A stretch of 64,000 nt of DNA from the human T2T-CHM13v2.0 reference genome, Homo sapiens: the NCBI RefSeq assembly GCF_009914755.1, contig NC_060931.1; one strand, written 5' to 3'. Below are positions 1 to 12,100 of the stretch, in pieces. The translations under genes and the position numbers were made by a program. Numbering within the stretch: the stretch's first letter is position 1; every line of letters begins with the position of its first letter. Under the pieces are notes generated by a model that was given only the letters and a program-made list of their open reading frames with translations, had not been told where the DNA came from and made no database searches.

Positions 1-130
1 GAATCATTCTCAGAAACTACTTTGTGATGTGTGCCTTCAACTCACAGAGTTTAACCTTTCTTTTCTTAGAGCAGTTTAGAAACACTCTGCTTGTTACGTC
101 TGCAAGTGGATATTTGGACCTCTTTGAGGC

Positions 131-147
131 CTTCGTTGCAAACGGGG
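131..147 (+). promoter_or_regulatory. CENP-B box 1 of the HOR (variant CTTCGTTGCAAACGGGG), repeated in every copy
   Basis: Matches the 9 essential positions of NTTCGNNNNANNCGGGN. It differs from the canonical box only at non-core positions 9 and 17. Confidence 0.9.
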
Positions 148-472
148 TTTCTTCCTTTCATGCTAGACTAAGAAGAGTTCTCAGTAACTTTTTTGTGTTG
201 TGTGTATTCAACTCACAGAGTTGAACCTTGCTTTAGAGAGAGCAGATTTGAAACACTCTTGCTGTGGCATTTTCAGGTGGAGATTTCAAGCGATTTGAGG
301 ACAATTGCAGAAAAGGAAATATCTTCGTATAATAACCAGACAGAATCATTCTCAGAAAGTGCTTTGTGATGTGTGCGTTCAACTCACAGAGTTTAACATT
401 TCTTTTCATAGAGGAGTTTGGAAACACACTGTTTGTAAAGTCTGCAAGTGGATACATGGACCTGTTTGAGGC

Positions 473-489
473 CTTCGTTGGAAACGGGA
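473..489 (+). promoter_or_regulatory. CENP-B box 2 of the HOR (canonical CTTCGTTGGAAACGGGA), repeated in every copy
   Basis: Exact canonical 17-mer, 342 bp after box 1. Confidence 0.97.
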
Positions 490-812
490 TTTCTTCATTG
501 AATGCTAGACGGAAGAATTCTCAGTAAATTCTTTGGGTTGTGTGCATTCAACTCACAGAGTGGAACGTCCCTTTAGACAGAGCAGATTTGAAACACTCTT
601 TTTGCGGAATTTGCAAGTGGAGATTTCTAGCCATTTGATGCCAACAGTAGAAAGGGAAATATCTTCAAATAAAAACCAGACAGAATCATTCTCAGAAAAT
701 TCTTTGTGATGTGTGCGTTCAACTCACATAGTTTAACCTTTCTTTTCATAGAGCAGTTTGGAAACACTCTGTTTGTAAAGTCTGCAAGTGGATATATGGA
801 ACTCTTTGAGGC

Positions 813-829
813 CTTCGTTGGAAACGGGA
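813..829 (+). promoter_or_regulatory. CENP-B box 3 of the HOR (canonical CTTCGTTGGAAACGGGA); disrupted in 5 copies
   Basis: Exact canonical 17-mer, 340 bp after box 2. The core G is mutated in copies 17, 20, 33, 39 and 58. Confidence 0.97.
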
Positions 830-981
830 TTTCTTCATTTCATGCTAGACAGAAGAATTCTCAGTAACTTCTTTGTGCTGTGTGTATTCAACTCACAGAG
901 TGGAACGTCCCTTTGCACAGAGCAGATTTGAAACACTCTTTTTGTGGAGTTTGCAAGTGGAGATTTCAAGCGATTTGATGC

Positions 982-998
982 CAACAGTAGAAAAGGAA
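982..998 (-). other. A-type (box-less) monomer site, pJ-alpha-like, at the position homologous to the CENP-B box
   Basis: caacagtagaaaaggaa reads TTCCTTTTCTACTGTTG on the minus strand, resembling the A-type pJ-alpha motif. Diverged equivalents occur in monomers 2 and 4. The match is imperfect and binding cannot be inferred. Confidence 0.5.
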
Positions 999-3900
999 AT
1001 ATCTTCAAATAAAAACTAGACAGAATCATTCTCAGAAACTACTTTGTGATGTGTGCCTTCAACTCACAGAGTTTAACCTTTCTTTTCTTAGAGCAGTTTA
1101 GAAACACTCTGCTTGTTATGTCTGCAAGTGGATATTTGGACCTCTTTGAGGCCTTCGTTGCAAACGGGGTTTCTTCCTTTCATGCTAGACTAAGAAGAGT
1201 TCTCAGTAACTTTTTTGTGTTGTGTGTATTCAACTCACAGAGTTGAACCTTGCTTTAGAGAGAGCAGATTTGAAACACTCTCGCTGTGGAATTTTCAGGT
1301 GGAGATTTCAAGCGATTTGAGGACAATTGCAGAAAAGGAAATATCTTCGTATAATAACCAGACAGAATCATTCTCAGAAAGTGCTTTGTGATGTGTGCGT
1401 TCAACTCACAGAGTTTAACCTTTCTTTTCATAGAGGAGTTTGGAAACACACTGTTTGTAAAGTCTGCAAGTGGATACATGGACCTGTTTGAGGCCTTCGT
1501 TGGAAACGGGATTTCTTCATTGAATGCTAGACGGAAGAATTCTCAGTAAATTCTTTGTGTTGTGTGCATTCAACTCACAGAGTGGAACGTCCCTTTAGAC
1601 AGAGCAGATTTGAAACACTCTTTTTGCGGAATTTGCAAGTGGAGATTTCTAGCCATTTGATGCCAACAGTAGAAAGGGAAATATCTTCAAATAAAAACCA
1701 GACAGAATCATTCTCAGAAAATTCTTTGTGATGTGTGCGTTGAACTCACATAGTTTAACCTTTCTTTTCATAGAGCAGTTTGGAAACACTCTGTTTGTAA
1801 AGTCTGCAAGTGGATATATGGACCGCATTGAGGCCTTCGTTGGAAACGGGATTTCTTCATTTCATGCTAGACAGAAGAATTCTCAGTAACTTCTTTGTGC
1901 TGTGTGTATTCAACTCACAGAGTGGAACGTCCCTTTGCACAGAGCAGATTTGAAACACTCTTTTTGTGGAGTTTGCAAGTGGAGATTTCAAGCGATTTGA
2001 TGCCAACAGTAGAAAAGGAAATATCTTCAAATAAAAACTAGACAGAATCATTCTCAGAAACTACTTTGTGATGTGTGCCTTCAACTCACAGAGTTTAACC
2101 TTTCTTTTCTTAGAGCAGTTTAGAAACACTCTGCTTGTTATGTCTGCAAGTGGATATTTGGACCTCTTTGAGGCCTTCGTTGCAAACGGGGTTTCTTCCT
2201 TTCATGCTAGACTAAGAAGAGTTCTCAGTAACTTTTTTGTGTTGTGTGTATTCAACTCACAGAGTTGAACCTTGCTTTAGAGAGAGCAGATTTGAAACAC
2301 TCTTGCTGTGGCATTTTCAGGTGGAGATTTCAAGCGATTTGAGGACAATTGCAGAAAAGGAAATATCTTCGTATAATAACCAGACAGAATCATTCTCAGA
2401 AAGTGCTTTGTGATGTGTGCGTTCAACTCACAGAGTTTAACCTTTCTTTTCATAGAGGAGTTTGGAAACACACTGTTTGTAAAGTCTGCAAGTGGATATA
2501 TGGACCTGTTTGAGGCCTTCGTTGGAAACGGGATTTCTTCATTGAATGCTAGACGGAAGAATTCTCAGTAAATTCTTTGTGTTGTGTGCATTCAACTCAC
2601 AGAGTGGAACGTCCCTTTAGACAGAGCAGATTTGAAACACTCTTTTTGCGGAATTTGCAAGTGGAGATTTCTAGCCATTTGATGCCAACAGTAGAAAGGG
2701 AAATATCTTCAAATAAAAACCAGACAGAATCATTCTCAGAAAATTCTTTGTGATGTGTGCGTTCAACTCACATAGTTTAACCTTTCTTTTCATAGAGCAG
2801 TTTGGAAACACTCTGTTTGTAAAGTCTGCAAGTGGATATATGGACCGCATTGAGGCCTTCGTTGGAAACGGGATTTCTTCATTTCATGCTAGACAGAAGA
2901 ATTCTCAGTAACTTCTTTGTGCTGTGTGTATTCAACTCACAGAGTGGAACGTCCCTTTGCAGAGAGCAGATTTGAAACACTCTTTTTGTGGAGTTTGCAA
3001 GTGGAGATTTCAAGCGATTTGATGCCAACAGTAGAAAAGGAAATATCTTCAAATAAAAACTAGACAGAATCATTCTCAGAAACTACTTTGTGATGTGTGC
3101 CTTCAACTCACAGAGTTTAACCTTTCTTTTCTTAGAGCAGTTTAGAAACACTCTGCTTGTTACGTCTGCAAGTGGATATTTGGACCTCTTTGAGGCCTTC
3201 GTTGCAAACGGGGTTTCTTCCTTTCATGCTAGACTAAGAAGAGTTCTCAGTAACTTTTTTGTGTTGTGTGTATTCAACTCACAGAGTTGAACCTTGCTTT
3301 AGAGAGAGCAGATTTGAAACACTCTTGCTGTGGCATTTTCAGGTGGAGATTTCAAGCGATTTGAGGACAATTGCAGAAAAGGAAATATCTTCGTATAATA
3401 ACCAGACAGAATCATTCTCAGAAAGTGCTTTGTGATGTGTGCGTTCAACTCACAGAGTTTAACCTTTCTTTTCATAGAGGAGTTTGGAAACACACTGTTT
3501 GTAAAGTCTGCAAGTGGATATATGGACCTGTTTGAGGCCTTCGTTGGAAACGGGATTTCTTCATTGAATGCTAGACGGAAGAATTCTCAGTAAATTCTTT
3601 GTGTTGTGTGCATTCAACTCACAGAGTGGAACGTCCCTTTAGACAGAGCAGATTTGAAACACTCTTTTTGCGGAATTTGCAAGTGGAGATTTCTAGCCAT
3701 TTGATGCCAACAGTAGAAAGGGAAATATCTTCAAATAAAAACCAGACAGAATCATTCTCAGAAAATTCTTTGTGATGTGTGCGTTCAACTCACATAGTTT
3801 AACCTTTCTTTTCATAGAGCAGTTTGGAAACACTCTGTTTGTAAAGTCTGCAAGTGGATATATGGACCGCATTGAGGCCTTCGTTGGAAACGGGATTTCT

Positions 3901-5110
3901 TCATTTCATGCTAGACAGAAGAATTCTCAGTAACTTCTTTGTGCTGTGTGTATTCAACTCACAGAGTGGAACGTCCCTTTGCACAGAGCAGATTTGAAAC
4001 ACTCTTTTTGTGGAGTTTGCAAGTGGAGATTTCAAGCGATTTGATGCCAACAGTAGAAAAGGAAATATCTTCAAATAAAAACTAGACAGAATCATTCTCA
4101 GAAACTACTTTGTGATGTGTGCCTTCAACTCACAGAGTTTAACCTTTCTTTTCTTAGAGCAGTTTAGAAACACTCTGCTTGTTACGTCTGCAAGTGGATA
4201 TTTGGACCTCTTTGAGGCCTTCGTTGCAAACGGGGTTTCTTCCTTTCATGCTAGACTAAGAAGAGTTCTCAGTAACTTTTTTGTGTTGTGTGTATTCAAC
4301 TCACAGAGTTGAACCTTGCTTTAGAGAGAGCAGATTTGAAACACTCTTGCTGTGGCATTTTCAGGTGGAGATTTCAAGCGATTTGAGGACAATTGCAGAA
4401 AAGGAAATATCTTCGTATAATAACCAGACAGAATCATTCTCAGAAAGTGCTTTGTGATGTGTGCGTTCAACTCACAGAGTTTAACCTTTCTTTTCATAGA
4501 GGAGTTTGGAAACACACTGTTTGTAAAGTCTGCAAGTGGATACATGGACCTGTTTGAGGCCTTCGTTGGAAACGGGATTTCTTCATTGAATGCTAGACGG
4601 AAGAATTCTCAGTAAATTCTTTGGGTTGTGTGCATTCAACTCACAGAGTGGAACGTCCCTTTAGACAGAGCAGATTTGAAACACTCTTTTTGCGGAATTT
4701 GCAAGTGGAGATTTCTAGCCATTTGATGCCAACAGTAGAAAGGGAAATATCTTCAAATAAAAACCAGACAGAATCATTCTCAGAAAATTCTTTGTGATGT
4801 GTGCGTTCAACTCACATAGTTTAACCTTTCTTTTCATAGAGCAGTTTGGAAACACTCTGTTTGTAAAGTCTGCAAGTGGATATATGGAACTCTTTGAGGC
4901 CTTCGTTGGAAACGGGATTTCTTCATTTCATGCTAGACAGAAGAATTCTCAGTAACTTCTTTGTGCTGTGTGTATTCAACTCACAGAGTGGAACGTCCCT
5001 TTGCACAGAGCAGATTTGAAACACTCTTTTTGTGGAGTTTGCAAGTGGAGATTTCAAGCGATTTGATGCCAACAGTAGAAAAGGAAATATCTTCAAATAA
5101 AAACTAGACA

Positions 5111-8100
5111 GAATCATTCTCAGAAACTACTTTGTGATGTGTGCCTTCAACTCACAGAGTTTAACCTTTCTTTTCTTAGAGCAGTTTAGAAACACTCTGC
5201 TTGTTATGTCTGCAAGTGGATATTTGGACCTCTTTGAGGCCTTCGTTGCAAACGGGGTTTCTTCCTTTCATGCTAGACTAAGAAGAGTTCTCAGTAACTT
5301 TTTTGTGTTGTGTGTATTCAACTCACAGAGTTGAACCTTGCTTTAGAGAGAGCAGATTTGAAACACTCTCGCTGTGGAATTTTCAGGTGGAGATTTCAAG
5401 CGATTTGAGGACAATTGCAGAAAAGGAAATATCTTCGTATAATAACCAGACAGAATCATTCTCAGAAAGTGCTTTGTGATGTGTGCGTTCAACTCACAGA
5501 GTTTAACCTTTCTTTTCATAGAGGAGTTTGGAAACACACTGTTTGTAAAGTCTGCAAGTGGATACATGGACCTGTTTGAGGCCTTCGTTGGAAACGGGAT
5601 TTCTTCATTGAATGCTAGACGGAAGAATTCTCAGTAAATTCTTTGTGTTGTGTGCATTCAACTCACAGAGTGGAACGTCCCTTTAGACAGAGCAGATTTG
5701 AAACACTCTTTTTGCGGAATTTGCAAGTGGAGATTTCTAGCCATTTGATGCCAACAGTAGAAAGGGAAATATCTTCAAATAAAAACCAGACAGAATCATT
5801 CTCAGAAAATTCTTTGTGATGTGTGCGTTCAACTCACATAGTTTAACCTTTCTTTTCATAGAGCAGTTTGGAAACACTCTGTTTGTAAAGTCTGCAAGTG
5901 GATATATGGACCGCATTGAGGCCTTCGTTGGAAACGGGATTTCTTCATTTCATGCTAGACAGAAGAATTCTCAGTAACTTCTTTGTGCTGTGTGTATTCA
6001 ACTCACAGAGTGGAACGTCCCTTTGCACAGAGCAGATTTGAAACACTCTTTTTGTGGAGTTTGCAAGTGGAGATTTCAAGCGATTTGATGCCAACAGTAG
6101 AAAAGGAAATATCTTCAAATAAAAACTAGACAGAATCATTCTCAGAAACTACTTTGTGATGTGTGCCTTCAACTCACAGAGTTTAACCTTTCTTTTCTTA
6201 GAGCAGTTTAGAAACACTCTGCTTGTTATGTCTGCAAGTGGATATTTGGACCTCTTTGAGGCCTTCGTTGCAAACGGGGTTTCCTCCTTTCATGCTAGAC
6301 TAAGAAGAGTTCTCAGTAACTTTTTTGTGTTGTGTGTATTCAACTCACAGATTTGAACCTTGCTTTAGAGAGAGCAGATTTGAAACACTCTTGCTGTGGC
6401 ATTTTCAGGTGGAGATTTCAAGCGATTTGAGGACAATTGCAGAAAAGGAAATATCTTCGTATAATAACCAGACAGAATCATTCTCAGAAAGTGCTTTGTG
6501 ATGTGTGCGTTCAACTCACAGAGTTTAACCTTTCTTTTCATAGAGGAGTTTGGAAACACACTGTTTGTAAAGTCTGCAAGTGGATATATGGACCTGTTTG
6601 AGGCCTTCGTTGGAAACGGGATTTCTTCATTGAATGCTAGACGGAAGAATTCTCAGTAAATTCTTTGTGTTGTGTGCATTCAACTCACAGAGTGGAACGT
6701 CCCTTTAGACAGAGCAGATTTGAAACACTCTTTTTGCGGAATTTGCAAGTGGAGATTTCTAGCCATTTGATGCCAACAGTAGAAAGGGAAATATCTTCAA
6801 ATAAAAACCAGACAGAATCATTCTCAGAAAATTCTTTGTGATGTGTGCGTTCAACTCACATAGTTTAACCTTTCTTTTCATAGAGCAGTTTGGAAACACT
6901 CTGTTTGTAAAGTCTGCAAGTGGATATATGGACCGCATTGAGGCCTTCGTCGGAAACGGGATTTCTTCATTTCATGCTAGACAGAAGAATTCTCAGTAAC
7001 TTCTTTGTGCTGTGTGTATTCAACTCACAGAGTGGAACGTCCCTTTGCACAGAGCAGATTTGAAACACTCTTTTTGTGGAGTTTGCAAGTGGAGATTTCA
7101 AGCGATTTGATGCCAACAGTAGAAAAGGAAATATCTTCAAATAAAAACTAGACAGAATCATTCTCAGAAACTACTTTGTGATGTGTGCCTTCAACTCACA
7201 GAGTTTAACCTTTCTTTTCTTAGAGCAGTTTAGAAACACTCTGCTTGTTATGTCTGCAAGTGGATATTTGGACCTCTTTGAGGCCTTCGTTGCAAACGGG
7301 GTTTCTTCCTTTCATGCTAGACTAAGAAGAGTTCTCAGTAACTTTTTTGTGTTGTGTGTATTCAACTCACAGAGTTGAACCTTGCTTTAGAGAGAGCAGA
7401 TTTGAAACACTCTCGCTGTGGAATTTTCAGGTGGAGATTTCAAGCGATTTGAGGACAATTGCAGAAAAGGAAATATCTTCGTATAATAACCAGACAGAAT
7501 CATTCTCAGAAAGTGCTTTGTGATGTGTGCGTTCAACTCACAGAGTTTAACCTTTCTTTTCATAGAGGAGTTTGGAAACACACTGTTTGTAAAGTCTGCA
7601 AGTGGATACATGGACCTGTTTGAGGCCTTCGTTGGAAACGGGATTTCTTCATTGAATGCTAGACGGAAGAATTCTCAGTAAATTCTTTGTGTTGTGTGCA
7701 TTCAACTCACAGAGTGGAACGTCCCTTTAGACAGAGCAGATTTGAAACACTCTTTTTGCGGAATTTGCAAGTGGAGATTTCTAGCCATTTGATGCCAACA
7801 GTAGAAAGGGAAATATCTTCAAATAAAAACCAGACAGAATCATTCTCAGAAAATTCTTTGTGATGTGTGCGTTCAACTCACATAGTTTAACCTTTCTTTT
7901 CATAGAGCAGTTTGGAAACACTCTGTTTGTAAAGTCTGCAAGTGGATATATGGACCGCATTGAGGCCTTCGTTGGAAACGGGATTTCTTCATTTCATGCT
8001 AGACAGAAGAATTCTCAGTAACTTCTTTGTGCTGTGTGTATTCAACTCACAGAGTGGAACGTCCCTTTGCACAGAGCAGATTTGAAACACTCTTTTTGTG

Positions 8101-9198
8101 GAGTTTGCAAGTGGAGATTTCAAGCGATTTGATGCCAACAGTAGAAAAGGAAATATCTTCAAATAAAAACTAGACAGAATCATTCTCAGAAACTACTTTG
8201 TGATGTGTGCCTTCAACTCACAGAGTTTAACCTTTCTTTTCTTAGAGCAGTTTAGAAACACTCTGCTTGTTATGTCTGCAAGTGGATATTTGGACCTCTT
8301 TGAGGCCTTCGTTGCAAACGGGGTTTCCTCCTTTCATGCTAGACTAAGAAGAGTTCTCAGTAACTTTTTTGTGTTGTGTGTATTCAACTCACAGATTTGA
8401 ACCTTGCTTTAGAGAGAGCAGATTTGAAACACTCTTGCTGTGGCATTTTCAGGTGGAGATTTCAAGCGATTTGAGGACAATTGCAGAAAAGGAAATATCT
8501 TCGTATAATAACCAGACAGAATCATTCTCAGAAAGTGCTTTGTGATGTGTGCGTTCAACTCACAGAGTTTAACCTTTCTTTTCATAGAGGAGTTTGGAAA
8601 CACACTGTTTGTAAAGTCTGCAAGTGGATATATGGACCTGTTTGAGGCCTTCGTTGGAAACGGGATTTCTTCATTGAATGCTAGACGGAAGAATTCTCAG
8701 TAAATTCTTTGTGTTGTGTGCATTCAACTCACAGAGTGGAACGTCCCTTTAGACAGAGCAGATTTGAAACACTCTTTTTGCGGAATTTGCAAGTGGAGAT
8801 TTCTAGCCATTTGATGCCAACAGTAGAAAGGGAAATATCTTCAAATAAAAACCAGACAGAATCATTCTCAGAAAATTCTTTGTGATGTGTGCGTTCAACT
8901 CACATAGTTTAACCTTTCTTTTCATAGAGCAGTTTGGAAACACTCTGTTTGTAAAGTCTGCAAGTGGATATATGGACCGCATTGAGGCCTTCGTCGGAAA
9001 CGGGATTTCTTCATTTCATGCTAGACAGAAGAATTCTCAGTAACTTCTTTGTGCTGTGTGTATTCAACTCACAGAGTGGAACGTCCCTTTGCACAGAGCA
9101 GATTTGAAACACTCTTTTTGTGGAGTTTGCAAGTGGAGATTTCAAGCGATTTGATGCCAACAGTAGAAAAGGAAATATCTTCAAATAAAAACTAGACA
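5111..9198 (+). repeat. Tandem duplication of a 2-HOR block (copies 6-7 = copies 8-9, period 2044 bp)
   Basis: Rare variants at 5370, 5378, 6284, 6352 and 6951 recur at 7414, 7422, 8328, 8396 and 8995. Confidence 0.9.
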
Positions 9199-12100
9199 GA
9201 ATCATTCTCAGAAACTACTTTGTGATGTGTGCCTTCAACTCACAGAGTTTAACCTTTCTTTTCTTAGAGCAGTTTAGAAACACTCTGCTTGTTACGTCTG
9301 CAAGTGGATATTTGGACCTCTTTGAGGCCTTCGTTGCAAACGGGGTTTCTTCCTTTCATGCTAGACTAAGAAGAGTTCTCAGTAACTTTTTTGTGTTGTG
9401 TGTATTCAACTCACAGAGTTGAACCTTGCTTTAGAGAGAGCAGATTTGAAACACTCTCGCTGTGGCATTTTCAGGTGGAGATTTCAAGCGATTTGAGGAC
9501 AATTGCAGAAAAGGAAATATCTTCGTATAATAACCAGACAGAATCATTCTCAGAAAGTGCTTTGTGATGTGTGCGTTCAACTCACAGAGTTTAACCTTTC
9601 TTTTCATAGAGGAGTTTGGAAACACACTGTTTGTAAAGTCTGCAAGTGGATACATGGACCTGTTTGAGGCCTTCGTTGGAAACGGGATTTCTTCATTGAA
9701 TGCTAGACGGAAGAATTCTCAGTAAATTCTTTGTGTTGTGTGCATTCAACTCACAGAGTGGAACGTCCCTTTAGACAGAGCAGATTTGAAACACTCTTTT
9801 TGCGGAATTTGCAAGTGGAGATTTCTAGCCATTTGATGCCAACAGTAGAAAGGGAAATATCTTCAAATAAAAACCAGACAGAATCATTCTCAGAAAATTC
9901 TTTGTGATGTGTGCGTTCAACTCACATAGTTTAACCTTTCTTTTCATAGAGCAGTTTGGAAACACTCTGTTTGTAAAGTCTGCAAGTGGATATATGGACC
10001 GCATTGAGGCCTTCGTTGGAAACGGGATTTCTTCATTTCATGCTAGACAGAAGAATTCTCAGTAACTTCTTTGTGCTGTGTGTATTCAACTCACAGAGTG
10101 GAACGTCCCTTTGCACAGAGCAGATTTGAAACACTCTTTTTGTGGAGTTTGCAAGTGGAGATTTCAAGCGATTTGATGCCAACAGTAGAAAAGGAAATAT
10201 CTTCAAATAAAAACTAGACAGAATCATTCTCAGAAACTACTTTGTGATGTGTGCCTTCAACTCACAGAGTTTAACCTTTCTTTTCTTAGAGCAGTTTAGA
10301 AACACTCTGCTTGTTACGTCTGCAAGTGGATATTTGGACCTCTTTGAGGCCTTCGTTGCAAACGGGGTTTCTTCCTTTCATGCTAGACTAAGAAGAGTTC
10401 TCAGTAACTTTTTTGTGTTGTGTGTATTCAACTCACAGAGTTGAACCTTGCTTTAGAGAGAGCAGATTTGAAACACTCTTGCTGTGGCATTTTCAGGTGG
10501 AGATTTCAAGCGATTTGAGGACAATTGCAGAAAAGGAAATATCTTCGTATAATAACCAGACAGAATCATTCTCAGAAAGTGCTTTGTGATGTGTGCGTTC
10601 AACTCACAGAGTTTAACCTTTCTTTTCATAGAGGAGTTTGGAAACACACTGTTTGTAAAGTCTGCAAGTGGATACATGGACCTGTTTGAGGCCTTCGTTG
10701 GAAACGGGATTTCTTCATTGAATGCTAGACGGAAGAATTCTCAGTAAATTCTTTGTGTTGTGTGCATTCAACTCACAGAGTGGAACGTCCCTTTAGACAG
10801 AGCAGATTTGAAACACTCTTTTTGCGGAATTTGCAAGTGGAGATTTCTAGCCATTTGATGCCAACAGTAGAAAGGGAAATATCTTCAAATAAAAACCAGA
10901 CAGAATCATTCTCAGAAAATTCTTTGTGATGTGTGCGTTCAACTCACATAGTTTAACCTTTCTTTTCATAGAGCAGTTTGGAAACACTCTGTTTGTAAAG
11001 TCTGCAAGTGGATATATGGACCGCATTGAGGCCTTCGTTGGAAACGGGATTTCTTCATTTCATGCTAGACAGAAGAATTCTCAGTAACTTCTTTGTGCTG
11101 TGTGTATTCAACTCACAGAGTGGAACGTCCCTTTACACAGAGCAGATTTGAAACACTCTTTTTGTGGAGTTTGCAAGTGGAGATTTCAAGCGATTTGATG
11201 CCAACAGTAGAAAAGGAAATATCTTCAAATAAAAACTAGACAGAATCATTCTCAGAAACTACTTTGTGATGTGTGCCTTCAACTCACAGAGTTTAACCTT
11301 TCTTTTCTTAGAGCAGTTTAGAAACACTCTGCTTGTTACGTCTGCAAGTGGATATTTGGACCTCTTTGAGGCCTTCGTTGCAAACGGGGTTTCTTCCTTT
11401 CATGCTAGACTAAGAAGAGTTCTCAGTAACTTTTTTGTGTTGTGTGTATTCAACTCACAGAGTTGAACCTTGCTTTAGAGAGAGCAGATTTGAAACACTC
11501 TTGCTGTGGCATTTTCAGGTGGAGATTTCAAGCGATTTGAGGACAATTGCAGAAAAGGAAATATCTTCGTATAATAACCAGACAGAATCATTCTCAGAAA
11601 GTGCTTTGTGATGTGTGCGTTCAACTCACAGAGTTTAACCTTTCTTTTCATAGAGGAGTTTGGAAACACACTGTTTGTAAAGTCTGCAAGTGGATACATG
11701 GACCTGTTTGAGGCCTTCGTTGGAAACGGGATTTCTTCATTGAATGCTAGACGGAAGAATTCTCAGTAAATTCTTTGTGTTGTGTGCATTCAACTCACAG
11801 AGTGGAACGTCCCTTTAGACAGAGCAGATTTGAAACACTCTTTTTGCGGAATTTGCAAGTGGAGATTTCTAGCCATTTGATGCCAACAGTAGAAAGGGAA
11901 ATATCTTCAAATAAAAACCAGACAGAATCATTCTCAGAAAATTCTTTGTGATGTGTGCGTTCAACTCACATAGTTTAACCTTTCTTTTCATAGAGCAGTT
12001 TGGAAACACTCTGTTTGTAAAGTCTGCAAGTGGATATATGGACCGCATTGAGGCCTTCGTTGGAAACGGGATTTCTTCATTTCATGCTAGACAGAAGAAT

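Larger units (their letters stand above)
1..1022 (+). repeat. D7Z1: Representative HOR unit; SF1 dimer-based 6-mer, most likely D7Z1 (S1C7H1L) of human chromosome 7
   Basis: Seen: six monomers at 1-171, 172-342, 343-511, 512-682, 683-851 and 852-1022, forming three dimers of 342, 340 and 340 bp. EcoRI sites lie at 515-520 and 855-860, and the third homologous site reads gagttc (175-180), giving 340 and 682 bp fragments. Recalled knowledge: D7Z1 is a ~1.02-kb SF1 6-mer cut by EcoRI into a dimer and a tetramer. The other SF1 6-mer (chr1/5/19) is not formally excluded without an alignment. Confidence 0.8.

Noticed and set aside
131-147. Box 1 as a non-functional CENP-B box
   Set aside because: Its differences from the canonical box, and the G>C in copy 62, fall outside the nine essential positions.
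328-333. TATAAT (328-333) and AATAAA motifs (e.g. 668-673) as promoter or polyadenylation signals
   Set aside because: Such short AT-rich matches are expected in this satellite and there is no supporting context.
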